Shown: positions 1-14,587, counted from the whole stretch's first letter. The stretch: DNA of 63,203 nucleotides, filler included, from Intoshia linei (GCA_001642005.1; 10 parts of 10 records of this genome joined end to end with filler, not necessarily neighbours in it), one strand, 5' to 3'. Program-made: numbers and translations. Notes: a model not told the origin generated them from the sequence alone.

Positions 1-50
1 CTCGGCAGAGCTAGGTGCTGTTTGTACGTAGTACAAAACAGCCAAGCTAG
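1..50 (+). mobile_element. Non-autonomous Helitron 3' end
   Basis: Hairpin gctgtttgtac..gtacaaaacagc then CAAGCTAG|T; the same motif occurs at 16047(-), 35595, 37555 and 46190(-). Confidence 0.7.
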
Positions 51-89
51 TATATTATATTATACAATCAATATTGTAAATGAATATAC

Positions 90-3000
90 CTGTATATTAA
101 ATTTTTGAAATTTCCAATAGTTTTTTCATATATTTCAATTTTTTCTAATAAAATATAAAACGTAGCGAGAGCATTCGTCAATTGAATCTAATTAATTAAA
201 TAAAATATAATAATAAAATATTTTTCACAGAAAAATTTAAAATGTGTAAACCAAAATCATGCACTTGTAAATTACATTTATACGCCAAGAGCTTTCTTCT
301 TGCAATAAAATTCTATATTTTTTTTGTTTATTAGCTACTTTGAAATATTCTGTCAGTAATCTTTTTAATTTTGCACCACCCTATATGAAAAGATAATGAT
401 ACATTTTATAATCAAAAAAATAAATGCAAACCTCTTCATGGACACTGTTTATATCATCAGAATTTACTGAAATGTCAGTTTTAGTAGTCTTAATTTTCAA
501 ATATATAATGATACGGTTTTAATAATTTACTGCGCTTTTTTGTATAACATGACTAATTCGTTTTGAACCAAGGTTTTCATCCTGAAAATAAAATTTTACG
601 TATTTTTAATAATTTCAATTTAAATTTTACTTCTAAAAGTTTTGGCATTGCTTGCAATAAAACTGTTGTGTGAACTGTTGCATTATTATCACCGTTATTT
701 TCTTGTATCTGTCTTTGTTGTTCAGTAAATGTTATTTGAACATTGCGTCTATTTGTATTACAATTATTTCAATTTTTTTATAAAAGTACCTTTTGTACCA
801 AAGTGAAAAATCAGATATCCAAGATTTAACATCTATATAAAATCCATTGTGTAAAGACTTGACGAATAGTTTTGAAATAAATTCGATATATCGTGATTTC
901 TTTTTAAATTTTAAAACTAATATATTTTATTATATTTCTGTTCATTTATATCAATTGTAATCATATTTTCTGTTTCAATTTATATATTCTATGAATGGTT
1001 CCCGAGTGCACCATTTTAATGACAGGTGGGGTCGTTGAGAGCCAATAGTGGAACCGGGTAAATTAAAATGGTTGGCCCACTATACACACATTTAAAAAAT
1101 TGTAACGCACGGTTGCTCAACTTTTATTTCAGTGTTACTCTGATGGAGTATTTCTAACATCACCTATTAATTTAGAATATTAAGCCCGTGATAATGAAGG
1201 GAATAGATCATCATGTGCGCTATGAACCTTGATATGAACCCTTATAACGGATCTGATGTCAGTTAGCTCATCTAAATTATAGAGAAGTGTTTCTTCAGTT
1301 TTTTCCCATTGGGCACATTTGGAAGTAATGAAAATGATTTGGCGTACAAGTTCATAACCAAAATACATATAATGTAGTAAAAATTTTATATTTTTAGGGT
1401 GCTTACTGAAAATCTATAGTATAATGTTTCCCAAGGAATGGGGGAAATTTTTAGAAAAAAGGTTTTTCGATACAAATAAAATCTGATCTAACTGATCCTG
1501 TTACATAAGGCAGATAGTTGATTTTTAATTTTTCGTTGGGCGCACCAATTGAAAAATACTGCTCTAGAGATAGTGAAGAAAAGCGAACAATTTAATTTAT
1601 CGATTGGAAATTGCATACTAATTTTATTAGATATTAAAAAAAATTAGGGATTTTCACATTAAATCAGGGACATAAATTTAAATTTGAGAATCACTGGATC
1701 ATGGTAAGTGAACACATTTTTATTTTATATAAAAATTTTACTCTCTTTATAGGCCAATTTCGGTGGTAATATATAAATATAGGCTTGCAAAATACTAATT
1801 TCTTCGCTACCGTTCAATTCATAATTGTAATGATCTAAATAATTAATATATACTGTTTATATTATAGTAATAATAACTAATTAATATATAATACTTGGTA
1901 AAATAAATTTAATTTAACGGTAATATATATTATACATACGTGTAATACACGTCGTGTATGTACACTGTACAGTGTACAGATATATATAAAACATATATAT
2001 TATGTATTATTGTACGTATAATACGCGTTTTAAAATTTAAAAGGTGTTTCTATAAGGTTTTATCAATAATAGATTTTATTAATTAAGTCCTATAATTTTA
2101 TTAAAAGTAGTTTATATGTGACAAAGTAATACATCTTGAAAATATTTACCATTAAAATTGTGTGTGAGATCTCTTAGGATAGCAGCTACCAAATACCGGT
2201 CCGTGATATAATTTTATCGGTTCGAGGAAAAATTTTTTTGAAAATATTTGAAATAAAATTACAATTAATATTATAATTATTAAATTTATATTATGTTATT
2301 ATTGTAATTTTGTCTAGTATTTGGTAGTTAGTAAAGACCGCAAGAAATTTTATAGTAAATTATCGGTCATTATTAGTTTAAATTAGTTTTAATATTTTAA
2401 AAATTACATTGTTTATTAATGCTCGTTATATATGTTTCTAATGCGATCAATTCATTGTTACTATTTTTGTCAACTTCTTGAGAAACAATTTTTGTTTTTA
2501 TGTTTTTTGTCTTCTTCTTGCGTAATGCTGATAATGTAAATGGATTTTTTCCATTTTTGAAATCTAGGAATTTATTATAAAATTCAAAGGTATAATTTTC
2601 TAACATTACCAGTTTATAAATTAAAATAGACCCTCGTCATTGTAGGACCCGATCATGTGGCCCTTTGCACCTCTCCACGGTTCTGATTATAGCTACAAGC
2701 ATATACGAATATATCACACCCGAGACCCTTTTCGGGAGACTCGAAAAAAAATTTATAAAATGCAGACCTTCATTTTTGAAATTAAGCTAGCGGTCCAAAT
2801 CTGGTCCGTGAAATAATTTTACTGGTCTATGGAGATTTTTTTTAAAAATAATTAGAAATACAGTAAATATCAATAAATGCATTTATGTGAGCGTATTTTT
2901 TTAAATTTCGCCTATTAATATTAACATTATTTAGCCTTAGTTTATTATAATAAACTAAAAAATCGGATCACAAAATTACTTTTAAATTCATAGCCAAGAT

Positions 3001-3845
3001 GTTAAAGAAATATATTACATTAAGAGTGAATATTACACTTTTTATTTCTATTTAAATTTAAGAGATATGTAATGTGTGTACGCACTACATAATAGTACAG
3101 TAATAGTAATAAAATTTTATAGTATTAAATACTTATTAAATTATGTGTTATTAAATATTATAATAATTTAATGCTATTATTAAAATTACATTAATTGTAT
3201 TATAAAAATTGAATTAAGTCACACCACTCACTATTAAGCCTTTCACTGTCTGTGTATAGTACAGAATACACAGCAATTTCACTTGACACGTCTGTGTATT
3301 CTATGATATACACAGCATAATTTTGAAAAACTTTATTCTTTTATTTTCATACATTTTCACATAGGTAATTTAAAAATAATACAAGTTTAAATTAAAAAAT
3401 AAATTCCAGACGTGTTTGTGTGATGCATCATAAAATAATATTAGACATTGAAAGGGTTAAGAAACAATGATGTGAATAATATTTTTATTTTACCAAACCT
3501 AATGTAAATAATCGACTTGATCTATCCAACACAAAAAACCCTTTCATCAAAATCCTTAGCAAAAGGCTTATAGTGGATTTTTCACTGACAGAATGATTAA
3601 AATAAATACTTCAATTCGAGATATTTTCAAAGAGTTAACTGAATATTTATTTTCGTATATATTTTGAGATACACAATTTATTTTTGGGTAAATTAATTTA
3701 TTATATAAAAATATTAAATAATTATTAAATATTACCAAACATATCAATAATTGAAGAATTTTTGTCCAATAGTGGTATAGTCTTTTTAGTGTAATTATTT
3801 GTAAGTAAATGTCTACTCACTTCATTTATATAAAACGCAAGAGAT
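90..3845 (-). CDS. Further minus-strand exons, probably continuation of the CFAP54-like gene (runs off window start)
   Basis: Open exons bounded by AG/GT at about 3735-3845 (SLAFYINEVSRHLL..), 790-832, 631-748, 432-581 (split by a ~42-nt intron), 283-380 and 90-144. Same strand and downstream of the CFAP54 exons, and CFAP54 is about 3000 aa. No diagnostic motif recognised. Confidence 0.5.
3238..3456. mobile_element. piggyBac-type MITE
   Basis: TTAA on both sides (3234-3237, 3457-3460); TIR gcctttcactgtct / agacattgaaaggg; internal direct repeat gtctgtgtat..atacacagca. Confidence 0.7.
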
Positions 3846-4058
3846 CTATATTCTGTTTTTCGATAAAACTATATTTTTAAAATTAATTTTTCATTTAAAT
3901 TATAGATCAGACTCGATTAAACGGTTAAAACACGGTTAGCAGGATAATCATGGTTTTCATGTACATTATACAATGTACATCCCTTTTCTATTGAATCAAG
4001 AATGAATATAGAAATTACCGTGCTACAAATTGGGAATGAAACTGCGTTGACTTGTATC

Positions 4059-4338
4059 CATGATGGTGAAGAGGGCTAGGGCCACATGGCCAGGGCCTAC
4101 TATCATGAGGATCTACTATTTTAATTTATTAATAGGTAATGTTGGAAAATTTCTTATTTTTGAGAAATCTTATGATGACCAATGTCATTTTCAACTGTTA
4201 TTTTTGATTTTTAGTAAATAATCGATCGATTAAAGTTTTATCATTAAACAATGTATAAACTTCCTATTTTTAAAAATTTTTTTTATAGGAGCCTACAATT
4301 TCCATCTGCCTGGTCTGCTGCTGGCTCTCCACGACCTG
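4059..4338. mobile_element. MITE family member (related reverse-complement copy at about 2590-2685)
   Basis: 4059-4150 is the reverse complement of 2600-2685; the GC-rich end ctctccacgacctg is also related to 59691 (cagggccgtgga). Confidence 0.45.
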
Positions 4339-5398
4339 ATTATATCTAATAGGATAAAACTTTCATTCATTTTCCCGAAAATATACTATTCAAAAATTAA
4401 ACTTATTAGCAAGGGTGGTCGATTACTGGTACCAGCCAATTTTTTTAAATATATACATGACTAATTTGTAAAATGTAAACTGAATACAATGACGCTTGTG
4501 AGTTTCACAGATTTTATCGTCATGGTTGCTAAAATGTTGGTTTTATATTTTGTGGTTGGAGTAACAGTTTCTTCTTGTATTAATGTAGGAAAAGAGATTT
4601 TACTTTAACTTAAGCTTTAAGGGTCAGTAGAATTGAATTTTTTATTTTGGGGTTGGATTAAAAAATTTTTTCTCACAAGTTTATTGTAATCGTAAGAAGA
4701 GGATTTTTACATAAAGGGCTTGAAATGGTATTTTTTATTAAATTTTATTAATGGTGGAATAAAAGTGAAATTTTTAAAATAATAATTGAGCGGACGTCTA
4801 CGCTTTGGGATGAAATCCCAATATCTGGCAACTCTGCAATAATTTATTTTACAAAAATAAATAATTTTTTAATTTTGCTGGTAATAAGATTTTTACCAGC
4901 AATGCTGGTAACACCTTTGCTCATGAGTCATAACAAAACGATTTATTACATTTAAAAAATTTAATGAAATATTAATTAACTTAAAATAAATGTGAAAGTT
5001 GAAAATAAAAAATAGTAATGTACAATTTCACTTTTATTCATAATTCTAAAATTTGAAATTCAAATCACATTTAAACACGAAATGTATCATTTTAATTATG
5101 GTTCCAAATTTTCTTCTGGCCCCCGTTAACCAGCAAGGCCCACGTTGGGAATGACTGCTCTAGAGAATGGACGTCACTGATTATTATTGCGATTATAATT
5201 CTATTTTTTGTTTATAATATGAATCATTCTGAGCAAAGCCTATCAGCTATGTGCGAGCCCCCCGAAAATAGTAATGAGGTCCCTGCAACCTCAGAACTTC
5301 TGGGTGAGCATCTCAAAGCTAAAATCTAATAGTTTCTCAAAAACATTGAATCAAATATCATGTCTAGAATGTAATAAATAAAATGAACTATAACTTAC

Positions 5399-8300
5399 CT
5401 ATGAGGATCAGATTTAAAACGTACTTAAAGCCAATCAAGCTAAAAAAGTCCCATAATCTCAGTAATATGTAATATTTTCTTACACAACAACCTGGCCTCT
5501 ATCAGCACTATCATCGAGTCCGATCATATGTAAAATTACTTTTGATAATTCAAAAGAAATTATTGCTATCATGTTGTTAATGTGGTCCATGTTACAATAA
5601 GATTTTTTAAAGTTTAATTGAGGTTTTATTTCAATAAGCAAATTAAATAAAGTAGATAGCATCTAAAATGATTAATATACTAACATTAGTTTTCTATACG
5701 AATAATTAAATACCTTAATCAATTTATCGTCAAAAATATGATGATATATTAACGTTGTTAAAATCGAATACATGTAAATAACTGCTTGTGTCGTAATTAC
5801 AACATCACTTATAAACAATGAAACATTTAATGCTACGAATAAGCGTTCACACAAATCAATTTTAAGTACCTAATAAAGCAATAATATGAAATTAAAATTA
5901 TAAAAAACATTACATATAAATTTGCAGGGTTTTCTGTCATGGCGTATTCTGAATAACTCATTTGATTCATTACCATTATTGTATCACAATAAGCAAAAAT
6001 TGAATTAATAAACACTTTTTTCATACTCACTGACCAATGCGATATTTTGGGTGATCTAATCGTTTATATATCTATATCTATTAATTAATACAAATCCGTC
6101 AATTCATAATCATCATTAAACAAAGTTTGTCCATATTTTTTCCATACTGTTTGGCCCATCGAAATGGTTTCATCGTGTACCTTATTATTGTAAGATATCT
6201 AGTAAATTATGAAAATACTGGGATAAAGATCATACCATAACAAACAAACATTTTAATGACAATTTAACCAAATTCACGACTGTTTTACAATTCATGACCA
6301 TGTTATCCTTTATTTTTATTGGTTGGAAATGCTCGTCAAAGGCAGTATATGAAATTGAATACATTTCATTTTTTATCAAATTTTGAATAAATGCAAATAC
6401 ATTTTTATCTTTTGATACGACAATCTAAATGTATATTATGCATTGTATAATTGTATAAAATACATCTGTCCCGGTTCCAGTAAACTTCACATCATTGCTA
6501 CACGCTTTGATATGCTCATAAACCGATTTTCTGCATTGTAAGCGTATCCATTTAGCCTGAAAAATTAATTACTATTAAACTAAAATTTAAAACCTCTTTT
6601 GAAACAGGTTTAAAGTTGAGATATACTGTATTGTAGCTTACATTACCCTGAATCATCAAATTATCATCTACATAATTTTCAACTTGGTTTTTAGCAATTT
6701 TCATTTCATTCTATGTGTAATTATTATTTATAACGTTATATACAGTAATTTAAACTTTTAAATTACATTAATAAAATATTTAATTTTATCATCCGCTAAA
6801 TCTTTTTTGTTGTATTTATTATACCAATACATGGATAAATTGAGATGCAAAACCATTTTCATGAATAAATTTTTTTTGCAAGACAATCCAAGTTTCTTAA
6901 TGGTATTATTGTTTAATTCTCCGTCAGACAAAAACAATTCAGCTTCAATTTTGATTCTTTGCTCAATAATCATAAATTCCAAGTGAATATCACGAAAATT
7001 ATTCATTACAACTTGATTTGCATATGATATCTAATTAATATTACAATTTTATTAATTTTATGAATATCTTCAAAACATTATAATAAATAGTTTTACATTT
7101 ATATTAGATGAACCAGTAATATTTTTAGAATTTTCATTTTCAAATAGAGTGAAGTCAAACAATTTGTAGCATTTCATAATAATATCAAAACATTTATCCA
7201 GGTAAAATTTTTTACCTTCTAAAAATTAGACTTAATGAAAATTTATACATTATATTACTTTTATCATCATTTGATTGGAAAAGGGCTTCATAACTTAAAA
7301 GTGCTTTTAAAAATATTTCATTTGATAATAAAAAATCAAATTTTTCAAATCTTGACCACCATATGAAATTTACAATGTTTTCAATCGAGCCGATCCACTA
7401 AAAATTAAAATAAATTATATTGCATCACAACATTCAGGGCGGATTCAAGGGGGTGCAGAAGGTGAAGTTGTACGCCTAAATTATTAATTAATGTTTTGTA
7501 ATGTTGGTTAATGAATTTACAATATTTCATCCAAGAAGACTGGACCTAATTGATTTAGGATTATTTAATGAACAAAATTAATTTCTTTTTTTTTTGTGCC
7601 GATCATTTTTTTTAGTTTTGCAAAAAAATGAAAAATTTGGAAACTATTGTATAACAACCTTTAAATGGTTGCTATACTCTCGCACCCCATTAACTAGCAT
7701 CTGGATTCGCCCTGACATTTAACTGTTAAAACTTAAAATTTATGATAAAAACTCAAGTACAGATTAAATCAACCATTCTCAACGGACTATGTGGATCCCA
7801 GGGGTCCACGGCAGTTTTTTGAGGCTCCATGAAAAATTTTATAGTTAAATTATTTAGAAAAGTGAAAAATAATATTTCGGCAATGATAGTAATCATTTCT
7901 AATTAATGCCTTCTAAGTTAATATCTAAGTTAAATACTCCATATAAACGTTTATATCTATTTTTCAATTTCCGAATTTGACTTTCAGGGTCAAAAACCCA
8001 TTTTGTCTTTTTGTTTAAAAATAAAATCAGCCTACAAATTTAATAAAACATAAATTCAGGGATTTTAAATACGCATTTTAAAATCATTAACATTGTCGTA
8101 AACCTCTGACTCACAAACCCACACCTTTATGGTCAAAACCACAAATTTAAATTTAAAAAATGAAACATGTCCTAAAATTGTATAAAAAAGTAAATTTTGG
8201 GATAGTTTTTTAAATATAAACATCATAAAAATGCATTTGGATGATGTTGGATGGAAGTTCAAATGGAAACCCCAGATTGCCTTTTTTTTAAAATGTAAAT

Positions 8301-11300
8301 CTAATGATAAAGTAAATTTAAGGTAATGATTTTCAAACACATTTATGATTATGTGTTTTTTTAATTTTATACAATTAAAGGATATAATGTACAATGTATA
8401 TCATTGATCCACAGTTGGGGTCCACAGTGAAAAAGGGTTGAGAATGCCTGCATTAAATGACATAATTTTACAGTTTTTATAACTTCAATGTTGAAAGTGC
8501 AGTTAAACTTGAATAGGAAACTAAAATTGAATCGTTGCAAGACCACTTTGATAAAATTCCAAATTGATATCATTACGTCGGATAGTAGATCTAAGGTCCA
8601 TTCAGGTTTATATAAACTCTAAAAAAATTATAAATATTAAAAAATACAAACTAAAAATAATATCCGTAATGACATGTTTGATTATGTTCTGTATGCTTTA
8701 AAAAAAGCACACCGAGCAATAATCAATCATGTAAAAATGTATCACTGTTTTTATAATTAAAAAATTATAATTTTGTTTCAGAAATCAAACTATTGAAACA
8801 AATAAAATCATAAAATGACGATTATTTTGTATTTATTGTGTATTAGTATTATCCCACAATTTATTATTTGTTGATTCAACATGTGTTTGAGACAACTATC
8901 AAGTTAAAATATTCTAATCAATTAAACATTTATTATTGGATACAGTACTTAAAAATTCATTTTAATTAAATAATTGCAGTCGATGATGCATTAAATATTT
9001 TAATTAATAATTTTAATATGGTAATTAATCAATATTCAACACATTTTATAAAGATTCTAGTATCAACAGGGCTGTAACAGAACTATTGTATTGTACCGTC
9101 GATAATGATAATTATAATACTCATGATAAATAATATAAATGCTAAATTTGGATAAACGAATTGCCATTTTAAAATTTTATTGGTCCGCTCAAAAGTGCAA
9201 AAAAGTGCATTTTTACCATCAAAACCCAGATTACTCTTTTTTTAAAAAATAAAAATAGTTCTAGAATTTTAAAAAAATTACAGCTGATAAAACTATATCC
9301 AGTTAATTCACTTCAAATATTTTTGTACTATTTTGTGTTACATTTCTGAATTGAACATGAATTGAGACCATAATCAATTTACACAAAATATACAGTTTTT
9401 ATTGATTAAAGATAACAAAAAAATTATGTTGTCAAAAGTTTCAAAAGCCCTGATTTAATCAGGCTAATTAATATATAAAATAACAATTAATTATTTAGCT
9501 TACATCATCTTGTATTATTATATCCATAAATGATCGAAATGCCTTTGATAACGATAATATAATATCTATAATATAGCTAATATTAGCATCTTTTATTGAT
9601 AAATCGGCTAAATGGAAAAAATAAATAATAATTAAAGAAAATATCCAAGTATGTTTAATATGGCGGTTCAAACCTCTAAATATTGGATAATCAATTATAA
9701 ATACGTTATTAGCGGAAACATACAAATTGTGTAAAATTAATCATGATGAATTTGGTGGAAAATGTTTAATTTGTGTTTTAATAAATAATAACTCTCAGTA
9801 TTCTAACTGATTAAAAACTATCACACTAAATTTCTGCAATACTGTCTGAACCACGATTCGGAACAATCCTAAAACGAACACGAAAACAAACTTAAAATTT
9901 TGATGAACTTATAAAAATAGTGTTTTTTTTATAAGAAAATTTTGAATATTCATTACAGAGTTGGAAATTCAGTTTTATCAACCCTTAATGGAAGAATCCC
10001 CTTTTTCCAATATTTTCTTGAAAAACACGATTTTACCAAATTTTATAAGTAAAACCTATTATTCCAACACCAAAATAAAAAATACCATTTTACAAAAGCA
10101 TAAGAAAAATAAACTTTTTCCTCTTTTTCCAAAATTTTTTTGAAAAATTTTGATTTAACCAAATATTATGAGCAACAACTTCCTAATCAAAAATAAAATA
10201 TCCAATTTTACCAATCCTTGATGGAAATATCTTTTTTTCCAATATTTTTTTGAGAAACACGATTTTACCAAATTTAATGAGAAAAACCTTCAATTTTTTC
10301 ATAACTATATTGTATTTAATGTTTCCTTTGGATTTAAAAAAAATTTGAAATAGGGGTCCACATACTATTTGAATCGGGACTCACTTATTTAAAGCTAACC
10401 AATTGTGCTTACGAAACGAAAATTTTGAAAATAAAAAAAATTTTTTTTATCAAAATTTTTTTCAGATAAAAGAGCTTAAAGAGCACTGGGTCCATTTTTT
10501 TATCTAAAGTTTATTTTTTCATAGATATAACCCAGTTTGTAGAGAAAAACTGTGAAATTAATGACAATTATTAAATTTTGTAAAAAATGGTCCGCTTTTA
10601 AAACTGATCTATGATCCACGTTTTTTTGCAAACATTCAATTGAACGACATTAATTTGAGCCATGTATTGTTGGAGCGATACAACTTAGATCGAAATAATA
10701 ATAAATTTTGCTAATTAATTATATTATTGATTTTTTGACCCAATTTTTAATGATTTTTAAGATAATTTTGGTATAAAGATTCAGAATAGTTTTTAAGGGA
10801 ATTTTTTTTACACAATTTTTAAAGATTTTGACTATAATAGTGGTCCCAAGATTTTGTAGGGTTTTAAGGCAAAATTTCTTAAATATTAGATAATTTTTAA
10901 GGGATTTTCAAAATCTTTAAAAATAAGGTAAAAAAAATCCCTACCAAATTTTGAACTCTTAATTATTTTCAAAATCGATAAAAATTGGATCAAAAAATTT
11001 CGTGACAAAATTAATAATATGATAAATTAGTATAATCGATGATTATGGCGTTCAAATAAATATCGCTCTGGAGCAGGGATTCTCAAAGGTGGGCGTCGCC
11101 CTTTTGGGGATTATTTTATTTTATTTCACAAAGTACATAATCTAATAAAAAATTTTAATGTAAGTAAATTCTAATGTAACCCATTTAAATATTAACATTG
11201 ACGCGAATCCGCTATACGAATGGGTTCAATGCCGACCTCTAGTCGAAGCGCTGCTCTGATAATTACATTTTGGTAAAATTCCTATTCTTAATTACAAAAA

Positions 11301-13395
11301 ATTGTGGAAAATTCAATTTTATATAATTAATGATTACAAGACAAGAGTATATTTTGGTATTTCGATTGTTTAAATTTGAGAATCGTTTTTTCATACAATA
11401 TTAATATTTCAAGTAGATCTGAAATGTATTTTCCGTGAGTATTTGTAATAATCTATAAAAGATATTACATTTATTTATATTAAATATTTAATTTTAATAA
11501 AAAAGTTACAGTTAACTTTGGAACAATATATCCTCTCATCAGTTCAAAAAACTCCCAAACTTCATACCGAATACTGTAGTACATAAAATGTACACTGCAT
11601 AAAAATGGAACTTTGGTAATTTCACAATTTACGGCTTCAGTAAGGTTGGTTATATTAGAATTGATGTCAATAATGGAGAATTCTAAAGTTTTATCCAATG
11701 GTTGCCGTTTTAGTATAGTTTTTGATGAACCTCCGCCTCCTAAATCCAAAATTATGTATTATTTATCAAGAATTTTATTAACTACGCTAGATATTCAAAT
11801 ATACCACATAATATATCAGCAATAGTATAAAATAAATCTGTAAACGCATCCGACATTTCCGTATCCAAGTTGCTTTTTATACTGAAAACGTAATTTGGGT
11901 GCTTCAATATATCCAAAATACAGTACAATTGACCCATCTGATAACCAATCAAATCTGCCAACAGTCTATCACTGTGATTCCGAGGCCAATTGTGATTCTG
12001 AATTAAATTTATAATGCATTTTATAATGATTCAACATACCATTAATGTGTCTTTTAAAGACTGTCTGTTTTTAGGTCTCAGTATTCCGTGCGATTTTAAT
12101 TTGTATTCTATTATACTAATCTTGATTAGCATTGAACTCATCTAAAGCTAATTCAGTTTATTAATATTATCTAAATTACTCTTAGCGTTCCTTCATGGAT
12201 TAGTATTTTACATTTTTTACTATTATTTTCGTTTAATAAATTTTTAGCTATTGATTCAAATACTGAAATGGAAGCTTTAATACTTTTCTGTGAAACATAA
12301 GTTTAAAATTATCTATAAAATATTTACACTGGCTTCTTGGATTAATTGACATTCTAAATAACATTGACTGGCCATATAGTAGATTTTAGAAACGAATGTT
12401 ATATAAGGTAACGTATTCCATCTCTTTATATAAGCATTAAATACATGTTCTAGCCATACCGCATACTTTAAACACTAATATTTCAAATTAGGGTGTTTCA
12501 ATGTAAACTACATTTATATTTACATGTTAAAATAAATTACATATTTAGAATGGTTTGATATCATTAGTATACGGCACAATTCATAAATACACTCAAAACC
12601 TAGATAAATGTTTATATTAATTAAGGAAAAAATCAACCTCTTAAATGGTTAATTTTCATCGACTCAACCGGTAAAATTCTGTCAATAATGGTCTGTATAT
12701 AATTCAAACAATTTAACAATATATTTAATCGGTCTTTATCGACATGTTCATATCGATGATTATTACTTAAAGGACGTTTTTCGTAATAAAATTTACACAT
12801 GGAATCTTCCAACAAAACGTTTGTCTAAATTTTAATAAATTTTCAAATTTTTCATAAATTAAACCAACATTGCAGCATATTTTTTATTTTCTTGGGCCAA
12901 TAATTTTTGCAAACCAATAAAAACATGTTGTCGAGTTTTCAGTAATTCAATGTCATTCAAATGATTTATAATAAATTGATAACAGCACACTGAAGCTATT
13001 TCATATTCCTAAAAATTGAATCAGATTAAATTTTCCAATATCTTAAACCTCTAGTTTCACCAATTTTTGAGCAATATTGACAATAAATCCCGTGTAAACT
13101 TGACATGGAAATTTGTATTTATAGTCGTTTAATAATTCGTTTAAATAATTGCGACTGACAATTTAAATTTTAAATTATATAATTTTATCAATTTTTACCT
13201 TTTATAACTTTGATTCTGATAATTTTTTTTTTGTAAATTTGTAAATCGATTCGAATAGTATGTTGAAAAAAATTCTTGGACCAAACTATCAAATTTATTT
13301 TTTGCAATTTTAAAATTTGATGAATCTATTGCAAAGGGTATCACATTATTATGTTTGATGGATTCGATTATATTCGATTTTAAATGTATCGCCAT
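5399..13395 (-). CDS. CFAP54: Cilia- and flagella-associated protein 54-like, multi-exon (N-terminal and middle part)
   Basis: Hand-spliced GT-AG exons give GFECIYELCRILMISNHSKY-CLKYAVW...YITFVSKIYYMASQCYLEC, HEGTLR-MSSMLIKISIIE...LRPKNRQSLKDTLM-NHNWPRNHSDRLL, VHFMYYSIRYEVWEFFE, DIHLEFMIIEQRI and IQNLIKNEMYSISYTAF. These are collinear with recalled CFAP54 motifs (IYTICRKLM..LEYLLW..QCYYDC; RPK..WPRT.TERLL; AFTYEEWSLFE; LHLELIQAQHRI; VKGLETNEKYVFAVAAY). Start at 13395 (MAIHLKS) is tentative and some junctions near 8.6 kb are unresolved. Confidence 0.8.
7435..7714. mobile_element. MITE in CFAP54 intron
   Basis: TIR cagggcggattca / tggattcgccctg; flanked by ACATT on both sides. Confidence 0.65.
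7770..8450. mobile_element. hAT-type MITE containing an internal Helitron-family segment
   Basis: TIR caaccattctcaac / gttgagaatgcctg; 8-bp TSD gattaaat/cattaaat; 7960-8170 resembles 36750-36930. Confidence 0.65.
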
Positions 13396-13699
13396 TTTTA
13401 TTAATTTTCTGTTTTTTTCTATTTCTAGGAAACAAATACCGAAACAAAATATTTCTATAGAATGTATTAAACCGAAAATACACAATTATTATTTTGTCGT
13501 CATTCATTTACTGATCGTTCAACAATTTATTTTAATTATATAATCACTAAAATTTTAATGATATGATTAAAATAGCGAATGTATTTTAACGTTGAAAATT
13601 TCAATTAATAAGTCAAATTAATAAAAAATGATTTATTTCCGAACATTAATAATTATTAATTATAATTAACATTTTATGTCCGTTTACCAGGATGTATGT

Positions 13700-14587
13700 C
13701 AGTGGTTCCAGATTAAATCAGTTTATAGACCCCATTTTAAAAAATATTCATTTTTTTGGCCTTAAAGGAAACATAAAATGAACATTTATAAAAAAATTAT
13801 TGGTTTTTTCTCATAAGATTTGGTAAAATCTTATTTTTTAAAAAAATATTGAAAAAAAAGGATATTTTCCTTAAGTGTTAGTAAATTTAAATTTTCATTT
13901 TGAGTTTTGGAATAAAAAGGTTTTTCTCGTAAGATTTGGTAAAATCGGATTTTTCAAAAAATTATTAATAAAAAAAGTATATTTTATTTAAATGTTGGTA
14001 AATTAGGATTTTTCAAAAAAATATTGGAAAAAAAGTATATTTTCTTTAAGTGTTGGTAAATTAGGATTTTTATTTTGTGGTTTGGAATAAGAAGTTTTTT
14101 CTCGTAAAATTTGGTAAAATCGGATTTTTCAAAAAAATATTAATAAAAAAAGTATATTTTCTTTAAGTGTTGGTAAATTTAAATTTTCATTTTGGGTTTT
14201 GGAATAAGAAGGTTTTTCTCGTAAGATTTGGTAAAAGTCGATTATTCCTTAAAGACATGAAATGTAGTGGGTCAATTTGTAAAGTTTTATGTGTAAGTGG
14301 TCGCTTTTGTAAAAGATTTTTAAAATTAATTAATACATTTTTTATTAGATTTTTTTAACAAAACTTTAACAGAATATCTAAAAAAAATTTTTTAAACAAA
14401 CTGTAAGGTTGTCTTTCAACTTTAACTGAAGCGATAAAACAATTTGTACAAATCAAAAATCTTAACTTTGGTTATTCAAAAAAATTTGTTAGAAGCCCTT
14501 TTAAAGTTTGCATAAAAAAAATCTTAAAAAATAGCACAAAAATATTTGTTACAGGGGTGAATGATAAAAAAAGTTTGACTAGCACTG
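13700..14587. mobile_element. hAT-type non-autonomous element carrying an internal tandem array
   Basis: Ends cagtggttccag / gactagcactg; internal repeats of ttttctcgtaagatttggtaaaatcggatttttcaaaaaa; related copies at about 9940-10385, 48368-48520 and 56188-56811. Confidence 0.6.

Noticed and set aside
90-380. TACC-like motif IEIYEKTI
   Set aside because: Too short, and upstream exons lack the coiled-coil pattern; more simply part of the long CFAP54-like gene.
11200-11255. tRNA/SINE-like GGGTTCAATGCC box
   Set aside because: No cloverleaf or A-box; it lies in the end of a hAT-like MITE (about 11073-11253).
13780-14235. Regularly spaced repeats resembling a CRISPR array
   Set aside because: Eukaryotic context, the 'spacers' are themselves repeated, and there are no cas genes; it is a tandem array inside a transposon.
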